Positions 16,955 to 23,585 of a stretch of DNA of 64,000 nt are shown piece after piece (within the stretch, counting starts at the first letter, position 1; every line of letters starts with the position of its first letter). The stretch covers positions 24,794-88,793 of the IMG/VR virus record IMGVR_UViG_3300014208_000036. One strand, 5' to 3'. The notes under the pieces were generated by a model. That model was not told the origin of the DNA. It made no database searches and saw nothing but the letters and a program-made list of their open reading frames with translations. A program made the translations under genes and the position numbers. The stretch comes from a virus. Its lineage: Duplodnaviria > Caudoviricetes.

Positions 16955-17027
16955 GGTCCCATCGTCTAGTGGCTTAGGACTTTTCGTTCTCAGCGAAAAA
17001 ACGTGAGTTCGACTCTCATTGGGATCA
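16955..17027 (+). tRNA. tRNA-Glu(CUC)
   Basis: GGTCCCA/TGGGATC, TTTCG-TTCTCAG-CGAAA. Confidence 0.92.
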
Positions 17028-17063
17028 CTTTTAAACGAGTTTCAACAATGAAAATGTTCATAA

Positions 17064-17218
17064 CAGGCACAGAAAAGTTCGGACGCTCTGAAGAGCGCGT
17101 CGTAGGACTTACATGCCTGCCAAGTTCATTAACGTTGCCGTTTAGAAGGCCACGTCCCCATAGAGGGTGAAAGTGGCGAGCCGGAAAGAGACATCCGGTG
17201 GAAATAAGAAGATAACGT
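17064..17218 (+). ncRNA. Candidate structured ncRNA directly upstream of an endonuclease ORF
   Basis: CAGGCA/TGCCTG, AGTTC/GGACT, GCTC-TGAA-GAGC, GCCAC/GTGGC, CCGGA/TCCGG stems. Confidence 0.5.
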
Positions 17219-17828
17219 GGAATGTGAATCTTGTCATCAAGGGCATAATGCTAATTACGGTAGCGGGCGTTTCTGTAATGTTAGATGTGCTCGATCGTTT
17301 TCAACAAAGTCAAAACGAAAGGAAATAAATGAACGTGTTAGCAAGACTTTGACTAAAGCCAATGTTAACATAAAATTATGTCTTGAATGCTTAAATGAAT
17401 TTCAAGCTCGTAGGAATCAACGTTGTTGTAGTATGAGTTGTTCTAGAAAATATCGTTATCGAGATGTCGAAAAACGACAAGTTCTGATAGAACAGCTTTT
17501 AAAAGTTCGGAAACCATGGAAATCTCGTAAAGCTCTAACACCGTCATTTCCAGAGCAATGCATCATGCAATGGCTCGATGAGTTAAATTTCACATATGAA
17601 CGTGAAATGCCATTTCAGAAATGGTTTATCGATTTTGTAATACACGATAAAAAAATCGCAATAGAAGTTGATGGTAGACAACACGGTTATCCAGAACAGC
17701 AAAGACGTGATCGAGAAAAAGATGAAGCATTAATTAAAGATGGTTGGCAAGTAATTCGAATTAGTTGGAAACGATTAACAAAACAATCACGTTTAAATAT
17801 CATTAACATACTTCGGGCTATAGCGTAA
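17217..17828 (+). mobile_element. Zn-finger + DUF559/Vsr-like endonuclease
   Basis: CxxC clusters; FIDF...IAIEVDGRQH...RDREKD...GWQVIRI; stop lies inside tRNA-Pro. Confidence 0.8.
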
Positions 17829-17886
17829 CCTGGTAGCGCGCGTACTTTGGGCGTACGTGGTTTCAGTTCAAATCTGAATAGCCCGA
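17814..17886 (+). tRNA. tRNA-Pro(UGG)
   Basis: CGGGCTA/TAGCCCG, CGTAC-TTTGGGC-GTACG. Confidence 0.9.
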
Positions 17887-17892
17887 CGAATC

Positions 17893-17924
17893 GCAGGGAG
17901 AAATTCCTGTTTGTTCCTTGAAAA
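17893..17924 (+). promoter_or_regulatory. Hairpin + boxA-like sequence (antitermination element or weak terminator)
   Basis: GCAGGGA-GAAA-TTCCTGT then TGTTCCTTGAAAA. Confidence 0.4.
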
Positions 17925-17936
17925 TCTACGTTCTTT

Positions 17937-18009
17937 CGATGGGTAGTTTAGCGGCAAAAACACCTGCATGACTCGCAGGTGATCGTGGGTTCGAGTCCCA
18001 CCCTATCGA
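17937..18009 (+). tRNA. tRNA-Val(GAC), atypical loop ATGACTC
   Basis: CGATGGG/CCTATCG, CCTGC/GCAGG, GTGGG-TTCGAGT-CCCAC. Confidence 0.85.
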
Positions 18010-18010
18010 C

Positions 18011-18082
18011 CGGCGATTAGCTCAGTGGTAGAGCACTGCGTTTACACCGCGGGTGTCAGGGGTTCAAGTCCCTTATCGCCGA
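18011..18082 (+). tRNA. tRNA-Val(UAC)
   Basis: CGGCGAT/ATCGCCG, CTGCG-TTTACAC-CGCGG. Confidence 0.93.
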
Positions 18083-18087
18083 CGAAT

Positions 18088-18164
18088 GCCAACGATGCTC
18101 GTAAGGACAGAGTTCTTGCCCCGTAAGCAAGATTGAGCGAGTTCGAATCTCGTCGTTGGCTCCA
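18088..18164 (+). tRNA. tRNA-Thr(CGU) with C33
   Basis: GCCAACG/CGTTGGC, CTTGC-CCCGTAA-GCAAG, CCA. Confidence 0.85.
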
Positions 18165-18243
18165 GACCTGTCGGGCGGGTGCAGCCGCAGGTGCTTCACA
18201 AGAGAATCATATCGATCTGATCAACCAACTACTGTACCTTCAA

Positions 18244-18317
18244 CGGGGAATATTTCAATTTGGCTAGAATACGTGCTCCGGAAGCATGTGATATCGGTTC
18301 AAATCCGGTTTCCCCGA
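18244..18317 (+). tRNA. tRNA-Pro(CGG) with C33/A37
   Basis: CGGGGAA/TTCCCCG A73, CGTGC-TCCGGAA-GCATG. Confidence 0.85.
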
Positions 18318-18347
18318 CCGACAAGCACTTAAGGTGATTGTTATAAT

Positions 18348-18422
18348 CTAGGATTACGTTAGCGGCTAAACTCCGGGCTCTGGAAGCCTGTGACGGTGGT
18401 TCGAGTCCACCATCCTAGACCA
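18348..18422 (+). tRNA. tRNA-Pro(UGG) with C33/A37
   Basis: CTAGGAT/ATCCTAG ACCA, CGGGC-TCTGGAA-GCCTG. Confidence 0.8.
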
Positions 18423-18435
18423 ATTCGCTAGAAAT

Positions 18436-18507
18436 CCCGTGTTAACTGAGATGGATTAGTGGCCGTCTGAAGAGCGGCATAGGTTGGTTCGATACCAACA
18501 CACGGGG
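18436..18507 (+). tRNA. tRNA-Phe(GAA)
   Basis: CCCGTGT/ACACGGG, GCCGT-CTGAAGA-GCGGC. Confidence 0.88.
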
Positions 18508-18511
18508 CAAC

Positions 18512-18583
18512 GTCGAGGAACGCAAATGATGCGCGGAACGTCTGCAAAACGTTTGTTAGCGGGTTCAAATCCTGCCCTCGACT
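18512..18583 (+). tRNA. tRNA-Cys(GCA)
   Basis: GTCGAGG/CCTCGAC U73, AACGT-CTGCAAA-ACGTT. Confidence 0.88.
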
Positions 18584-18599
18584 CAATCCACGAGTAAAC

Positions 18600-18683
18600 A
18601 AGATCATGGCGGAATAGGCATACGCTGTCCATTTAAACTGGACTGTGCGCAAGCATGTGTTGGTTCGAATCCAACTGATAGAG
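18600..18683 (+). pseudogene. tRNA-Leu(UAA) pseudogene (acceptor stem only 4 bp)
   Basis: Intact D, GTCCA-TTTAAAC-TGGAC, V and T arms; AAGATCA/TGATAGA mispaired at top. Confidence 0.65.
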
Positions 18684-18695
18684 TTGAAAGTTGAT

Positions 18696-18768
18696 GCCGG
18701 TTGGGTATGCGTGGGAAAACACGATCCTGGTACGATCGAAATGACGGGTTCGACACCCGTAACCGGCT
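18696..18768 (+). tRNA. tRNA-Thr(GGU)
   Basis: GCCGGTT/AACCGGC, CGATC-CTGGTAC-GATCG. Confidence 0.88.
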
Positions 18769-18826
18769 CAAGGTGTAAAAGACGTTCATCCAATGGTAGT
18801 ATTTGTTACATCCTGGACATGAGACG

Positions 18827-19288
18827 ATGACGAAAAAACTTAATATTTCTGATGAAGAATTTTTGCAATTTGCACATCAAGCTAGATCATTATCAGATCT
18901 AATTCGTTTGTTATCACTTAACACAGGAGGTGGTACGTATAGACGAGTTTTGTCACGTATGCTTCAATTGGGAATTGATGTGCGTAATCGTGGATCAAAA
19001 GGTGCTACTCGTGACTTTTCACGAACTGTCTTTCAAACCAAAGACATCCTTGAAGGAAAACATCCTCAGTTTCAAACTAACCATCTCAAACAACGTCTAT
19101 TAAAAGAAAGAGTCATAGAAAATAAGTGTGACTTGTGTCAGTTGGGCGCTGTTTGGAATGGCGTTAAACTCGTTTTAGAGCTTGATCATGTCGATGGTAA
19201 TAGACATAATCACAAAAGAGATAATTTGAGGTTGTTGTGCCCGAATTGTCATAGTCAGACAAAAACGTACAAAAACAAGACACGGTAA
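18827..19288 (+). mobile_element. HNH endonuclease (free-standing, in tRNA cluster)
   Basis: CDLC...LELDHVDGNRHNHKRDNLRLLCPNCHSQT. Confidence 0.92.
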
Positions 19289-19292
19289 ACAT

Positions 19293-19374
19293 GGCCCTCT
19301 GATGGAATGGCAGACATAGTGCACTTAAAATGCGCGGCCTAACAAGCATACGAGTTCGAATCTCGTGGGGGCTA
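19293..19374 (+). tRNA. tRNA-Leu(UAA)
   Basis: GTGCA-CTTAAAA-TGCGC, long V-arm. Confidence 0.9.
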
Positions 19375-19410
19375 CTAAGTGATGTTCAATAGTCTTAAAC
19401 ATGATTTAAT

Positions 19411-19493
19411 GCTGGTGTCGCATAGTGGCAGTGCAGCAGCCTTGTAAGCTGCCGAGGTAACACTCATCGGGGGTTCGATTCCCTTCACCAGCT
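19411..19493 (+). tRNA. tRNA-Thr(UGU) with long variable arm
   Basis: GCTGGTG/CACCAGC, GCAGC-CTTGTAA-GCTGC, V-arm GAG-GTAACA-CTC. Confidence 0.85.
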
Positions 19494-19532
19494 CAAAATT
19501 GTACATTCACATTCATCAGTTTAAGATGACGC

Positions 19533-20051
19533 ATGTCATTGCTCAAGATCATCATCTGTTCGCTTGTATTGTCATTCGGTTCAACGCCTAACATGTGCGT
19601 AACTGAATTGAAGGAGAAGAAGGTTCGAACACCGATCGCTCAGGATGAATTGTACGTTGTCTTGACGGATGCACATGTGAATGTGTTTGGTTATGAACCT
19701 TCGAAAAATCGAGCCTCGATGGCTTGGGCCCAGGTTGCATTCGAAAATGGCAGGGGCGACCAGGTTTTTAATCACAACCTCGGAAACATCGGTTCAAATC
19801 CGATCGTTCCGAAGCGACCGTACTACGTTATCTCCGGTCATCGCTTTCGAAGCCTTGAAACTTTCAATGACGGTGCGGAGCTTTACTGGATCACGTTAGA
19901 ATCTAGGTGTGGTTCAACGTTGAATTTTTTTGATTCTGGTGATCCTGTCTCAGCAAGCTCGGCATTAAATCGATGTGGATATTATCGAGCCGACGTTGAT
20001 CATTACACAAAGAATTTATCTTCCTTGTTCTTTGAACGATTGATGAATTGA
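19533..20051 (+). CDS. Glucosaminidase/FlgJ-like peptidoglycan hydrolase with signal peptide
   Basis: WAQVAFENG, NHNLGNI, FRSLETFNDG, LNRCGYY. Confidence 0.7.
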   Translation: MSLLKIIICSLVLSFGSTPNMCVTELKEKKVRTPIAQDELYVVLTDAHVNVFGYEPSKNRASMAWAQVAFENGRGDQVFNHNLGNIGSNPIVPKRPYYVISGHRFRSLETFNDGAELYWITLESRCGSTLNFFDSGDPVSASSALNRCGYYRADVDHYTKNLSSLFFERLMN

Positions 20052-20100
20052 TTTTCTAGCAGCGGTGTAACCAACCCTCAACCTAAGGTAATACTTTGTT

Positions 20101-20202
20101 ATGAAGGAAAAAATTCTGCTTGCAACGATTGGTTTGGTTTTGTTCGGTGGGATGCTTCTCTACAAGAAGGTGTACGATGGGATGCATCACCCAACTGAGT
20201 GA
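20101..20202 (+). CDS. Small single-pass membrane peptide (33 aa)
   Basis: MKEKILLATIGLVLFGGMLLYKK; promoter motif 20064-20095 upstream. Confidence 0.55.
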   Translation: MKEKILLATIGLVLFGGMLLYKKVYDGMHHPTE

Positions 20203-20217
20203 GAACGAAGGTGTTGT

Positions 20218-20295
20218 GGTGTCGTAGGTGTAATTGGTACGCACGGTTGACTGTGAATCAGCAGGATGAGGGTTCGAATCCCCGACGACACACCA
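20218..20295 (+). tRNA. tRNA-His(GUG), encoded G-1 opposite A73, weak T-stem
   Basis: GTGTCGT/ACGACAC, GTTGA-CTGTGAA-TCAGC, ACCA. Confidence 0.8.
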
Positions 20296-20454
20296 TTCAA
20301 TTCAAGTAAATATCGAATGTGGCATATCATTTTGATATAAATTTTGTCTAGCCATATTCGATGACATATTAAACTATGTCAGTTGAACGATTCGAACGTA
20401 CGATAGAATCATTCATCTTACTATGAAACAGTTGAACGAATTGAATTTGAAATT

Positions 20455-20531
20455 GGCCCGGTCGTCTAACGGTACAGGACCCCTGATTTTCAGTCAGGTT
20501 TATGAGGGTTCGAATCCCTTCCGGGTCGCCA
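20455..20531 (+). tRNA. tRNA-Glu(UUC)
   Basis: GGCCCGG/CCGGGTC, CCTGA-TTTTCAG-TCAGG, CCA. Confidence 0.95.
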
Positions 20532-20536
20532 AATAT

Positions 20537-20623
20537 GTCATCGTGCTGGAACTGGTATACAGGACACGTTGAGAGCGTGTTGCGAAATTAAGTAGCATGT
20601 GGGTTCGACCCCCACCGATGGCA
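20537..20623 (+). tRNA. tRNA-Leu(GAG)
   Basis: ACACG-TTGAGAG-CGTGT, long V-arm. Confidence 0.93.
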
Positions 20624-20653
20624 CAAATTCTGTTCCGAAGCATAGATAATTCT

Positions 20654-21025
20654 ATGATCAGGAAATTCAAGAATTTCATCATTGCATCGATGGTAACAGT
20701 TTCAATGCTCCTTTGGCCGTCTCGGGCATTCTCGGGCCCTGAGAGAGGGACCTTAATTGATGTGAGGGTGTTACAGGGTTCTCAAATAATCAAATATTCT
20801 GATGTCAACGTGAGACCGGATCAGCCGGTACAATTCTGGGTTTCTAGTTCGGATGATATCCTGTGCGTCCTTTCATACAAGGATGATCTTGGCAAGGAAT
20901 GGGTTTTCGACCATCGCTCCGGTAAGGTATGCAACATGCAGATCGTTCCAAAACGTTCCCAATTAAGCCTGTCGGTGACGAACTTGACGAACGTCGAGGA
21001 AAAAATTGTGACCGTCATTCAATGA
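20654..21025 (+). CDS. Hypothetical exported protein
   Basis: Signal-peptide-like N-terminus from ATG 20654. Confidence 0.6.
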   Translation: MIRKFKNFIIASMVTVSMLLWPSRAFSGPERGTLIDVRVLQGSQIIKYSDVNVRPDQPVQFWVSSSDDILCVLSYKDDLGKEWVFDHRSGKVCNMQIVPKRSQLSLSVTNLTNVEEKIVTVIQ

Positions 21026-21030
21026 CAAAT

Positions 21031-21105
21031 ATCCCCGTAGCATCAATGGACTAGAGTGCCTCGCTACGAACGAGGAGGTTGCAGGTTCGAATCCTGCCGG
21101 GGATG
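21031..21105 (+). tRNA. tRNA-Arg(ACG)
   Basis: ATCCCCG/CGGGGAT, CCTCG-CTACGAA-CGAGG. Confidence 0.92.
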
Positions 21106-21114
21106 CCGAATTTA

Positions 21115-21200
21115 GTAACCTTTGTCAGGAGGCGTCAATAATCTAAAGCGGGTGTAAAACACTGCGCTGTTAATGAATACGGGTTCGAGTCCGTAGGTGA
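21115..21200 (+). pseudogene. Possible decayed tRNA
   Basis: T-arm-like TACGGG-TTCGAGT-CCGTA and hairpin AGCG-GTGT-AAA-ACAC-CGCT, no good acceptor or D arm. Confidence 0.3.
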
Positions 21201-21212
21201 AAAATTCATAAT

Positions 21213-21294
21213 GCACTCGTGGTGGAATTGGTAGACACGCCGGGTTTAGGTTCCGGTGCTGCAAAGCGTGGGGGTTCGAGTCCCTCCGAGTGTA
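21213..21294 (+). tRNA. tRNA-Leu(UAG)
   Basis: GCACTCG/CGAGTGT, CCGGG-TTTAGGT-TCCGG. Confidence 0.93.
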
Positions 21295-21304
21295 CAAGAG
21301 TCAG

Positions 21305-21377
21305 GCTGGTTAAGCCGAACGGTGAGGCAGGTCTTTCATACGGACTGCGACGATGGGTTCGAATCCCTCAACCAGCA
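21305..21377 (+). tRNA. tRNA-Met/Ile2(CAU)
   Basis: GCTGGTT/AACCAGC, GGTCT-TTCATAC-GGACT; T-stem bulge. Confidence 0.8.
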
Positions 21378-21385
21378 CAAATCAT

Positions 21386-21464
21386 GCCCCGGTATCGGAC
21401 GGGTCTTCTAAGCCTGAGCACCGTAGTTGGATCGACGGGGGTTCGAATCCCTCCCGGGGTGCCA
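21386..21464 (+). tRNA. D-armless tRNA-Arg(UCU)-like RNA with long variable region
   Basis: GCCCCGG/CCGGGGT G CCA, 7-nt linker TATCGGA, CGGGT-CTTCTAA-GCCTG, 20-nt V region, GGGGG-TTCGAAT-CCCTC. Confidence 0.75.
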
Positions 21465-21474
21465 ACGAGTCGTT

Positions 21475-21921
21475 ATGCAAACAAAGATCTGTTCATTCGA
21501 TGGTGAATTTTCGTTTCTTTCGAATTTTTTTGAATCATCGATCAGGGTCGATGGTGAAAAATATCCCACAGTTGAACACGCGTACCAGGCATCAAAAACG
21601 TTCGATCCTTGGCAACGAAGGTTGATAAGGGAAGCGCCCACACCGGGAAAGGCAAAACGTCTTGGAAAAACAGTCAAGAAAAGGGACGATTGGGATGACA
21701 TAAGGATCGGTGTCATGGAGTCTTTGCTACGTGACAAATTCTCAAGCCCATTTTTAGCGCAAATGCTCATTGCAACCGATGACGCTACATTGATCGAAGG
21801 AAATACATGGGGTGATACATTTTGGGGCGTTTGTGGTGGAACAGGTGAGAATATGCTTGGAAAACTTTTGATGCAAATTCGAAGTGATCTGATCGTTGAT
21901 CAGGCGTCAAACGATGAATAA
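21475..21921 (+). CDS. NADAR (YbiA/DUF1768) family protein
   Basis: FLSNFF, YPTVEHAYQASK, AKRLGK, KFS, LIEGNTWGDTFWG, GENMLGKLLM. Confidence 0.92.
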   Translation: MQTKICSFDGEFSFLSNFFESSIRVDGEKYPTVEHAYQASKTFDPWQRRLIREAPTPGKAKRLGKTVKKRDDWDDIRIGVMESLLRDKFSSPFLAQMLIATDDATLIEGNTWGDTFWGVCGGTGENMLGKLLMQIRSDLIVDQASNDE

Positions 21922-21930
21922 GGTGTTGGC

Positions 21931-22137
21931 ATGTGGACATGCGTGGCCTTATTGACATTATTGGGTGCCTTAAGCATTGAACCAAATCGAAAATCGACCG
22001 ATCAAAGTGTTTGTCAAACGATCCACGATCGTGATGATAGAAATTTTTGTCGTGCAGTTGTAACTGGTAATAAAACTTGGTGTGAATTCATTCAGGATAA
22101 ACGAACAAAGGAACTTTGCAGGGTAAAATCAAGATGA
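21931..22137 (+). CDS. Small Cys-containing exported protein
   Basis: Signal-like N-terminus, spaced Cys. Confidence 0.55.
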   Translation: MWTCVALLTLLGALSIEPNRKSTDQSVCQTIHDRDDRNFCRAVVTGNKTWCEFIQDKRTKELCRVKSR

Positions 22138-22418
22138 GTAATGCACAGCGACCGCAGTTGAATTTTTCGGGTTCCGCAAGAATTATTTTCATGTATGACA
22201 TTGTCAAAAATGATTTTGAGGCGGCAATGCGTGATCTCGACCTGGTTATGATCACATCGATCAAGTCGATGAAGTTTGTTACAACGGATGCTGTTGTCAA
22301 GTTTATCAACGACCTTGACAAAGGTCGGCAAATCGTTGAAGCAGCGATAATTCAGAAACGTGATGTAGAGTTATTCGTTGATGTACGTGGTTCTGCACCT
22401 TTAGCTCAGTGGATTTAG
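22134..22418 (+). CDS. Hypothetical protein (3' end overlaps tRNA-Arg)
   Basis: ATGA overlap with previous ORF. Confidence 0.55.
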   Translation: MSNAQRPQLNFSGSARIIFMYDIVKNDFEAAMRDLDLVMITSIKSMKFVTTDAVVKFINDLDKGRQIVEAAIIQKRDVELFVDVRGSAPLAQWI

Positions 22419-22469
22419 AGCGACCGCCTTCGAAGCGGTTGGTCGGGGGTTCGAGTCCTTCAAGGTGCG
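22395..22469 (+). tRNA. tRNA-Arg(UCG)
   Basis: GCACCTT/AAGGTGC, ACCGC-CTTCGAA-GCGGT. Confidence 0.95.
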
Positions 22470-22471
22470 CA

Positions 22472-22630
22472 ATGAAATTATTCATTTTCATGTCAACCTT
22501 GATTCTTTCCTCATGCTACGGAGCGTGGGATATACCGGCGACGCCGCTTCATGATGAATGCTCGAACACAACATCAGTTGGTTACATTTACGTATATCCA
22601 TGTAAGATGAACGGAAATATTCAAAAATGA
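22472..22630 (+). CDS. Small putative lipoprotein
   Basis: MKLFIFMSTLILSSC lipobox-like. Confidence 0.55.
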   Translation: MKLFIFMSTLILSSCYGAWDIPATPLHDECSNTTSVGYIYVYPCKMNGNIQK

Positions 22631-23010
22631 ACGTGAAGCAGGTGATCGTGGTCCGTAAGGATTTAAACATGAGGAAGGGAAAAATCGCCGCGCAGGTTGC
22701 ACACGCAGCGATGAAATTCATCTTTGATGGAAATGTTGCGTCAAAATTGGATGAAATTTACGTAAAGCTATCGAAGGCTGAGACGAAGTGGGCTCGAGAA
22801 GGTTTCACAAAGATCGTTGTTTCCGTTGATTCCGAACAGGAGCTCTTGGACCTTTGCGAATCAGCACGAAGGAACAAGGTTGCATCGTACAAAATTATCG
22901 ATTCAGGTCGAACTGAGTTCGATAACGTTCCTACATTGACATGCGCCTCGTTCGGCCCAGATGATGAAAATCTCTTGGACAAGGTAACCGGGCATTTAAA
23001 GTTACTTTAA
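22627..23010 (+). CDS. pth2: Peptidyl-tRNA hydrolase, PTH2 family
   Basis: KQVIVVRKDLNMRKGKIAAQVAHA, KIVV, IIDSGRTEF, GP, VTGHLKLL. Confidence 0.93.
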   Translation: MNVKQVIVVRKDLNMRKGKIAAQVAHAAMKFIFDGNVASKLDEIYVKLSKAETKWAREGFTKIVVSVDSEQELLDLCESARRNKVASYKIIDSGRTEFDNVPTLTCASFGPDDENLLDKVTGHLKLL

Positions 23011-23041
23011 TTGTGCAAAATTTACGTACGTATGGTATTTC
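23011..23041 (+). promoter_or_regulatory. Phage promoter motif TTGTGCA-N16-GGTATTT
   Basis: Same motif as 5073 and 11224. Confidence 0.55.
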
Positions 23042-23353
23042 ATGATCATGAAGTACGTAATTCTACTCACCGGTCTCTTCATGATTGGTTGCAATGATGA
23101 AAGATTCGTGGATGAATCATACGATCAGCAGGAAACATTTGAAGCGCAGGATCCGCCGAGCTTCGATGATCATGATGAAGTTCTTCATGAATCATGCGTG
23201 ATGACACAAACGCTTGGTGAAGGTGATCTTGTAATTCAGGTTCCTGTTCCTTGTGAACCTGGCCTCATCGATAGGGGTCGACCTTCGGAGAATCCTATCG
23301 ATGACCATGATGAAATCATCAACGATCAGAAAGAATTTACGTTTGACACTTGA
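23042..23353 (+). CDS. Putative acidic lipoprotein
   Basis: MKYVILLTGLFMIGC lipobox. Confidence 0.65.
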   Translation: MIMKYVILLTGLFMIGCNDERFVDESYDQQETFEAQDPPSFDDHDEVLHESCVMTQTLGEGDLVIQVPVPCEPGLIDRGRPSENPIDDHDEIINDQKEFTFDT

Positions 23354-23355
23354 AT

Positions 23356-23441
23356 GGAACAGTGCGCGAGAAGGCTTAAGCGACAAGTTTGCTAAACTTG
23401 AGGGTGTAAAAGCTCCGTGAGTTCGAATCTCACCTGTTCCG
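23356..23441 (+). tRNA. tRNA-Ser(GCU)
   Basis: GGAACAG/CTGTTCC G73, CAAGT-TTGCTAA-ACTTG, V-arm. Confidence 0.93.
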
Positions 23442-23497
23442 CTAAGATCATGCATTATCCATCGTGTAAAAACGATGTATACTTAGAGGTAATTATT

Positions 23498-23584
23498 GGA
23501 AGGTTTGGGCATTGGAAGGCCCACCGGTCTTGAAAACCGACGTAGGTGATGAGCCTACTGCAAGTTCGACTCTTGCACCTTCCG
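23498..23584 (+). tRNA. tRNA-Ser(UGA)
   Basis: GGAAGGT/ACCTTCC G73, CCGGT-CTTGAAA-ACCGA, V-arm. Confidence 0.93.
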
Positions 23585-23585
23585 C

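Noticed and set aside
18165-18195. Hairpin ACCTG-TCGG...CCG-CAGGT considered as an SRP-like RNA
   Set aside because: Lacks the SRP domain IV GGAA/AGCAG motif; a single short hairpin.
18778-18826. tRNA 5'-half-like remnant (ATCC-AATGGTA-GTAT) before the HNH gene
   Set aside because: No matching 3' half or anticodon arm found.
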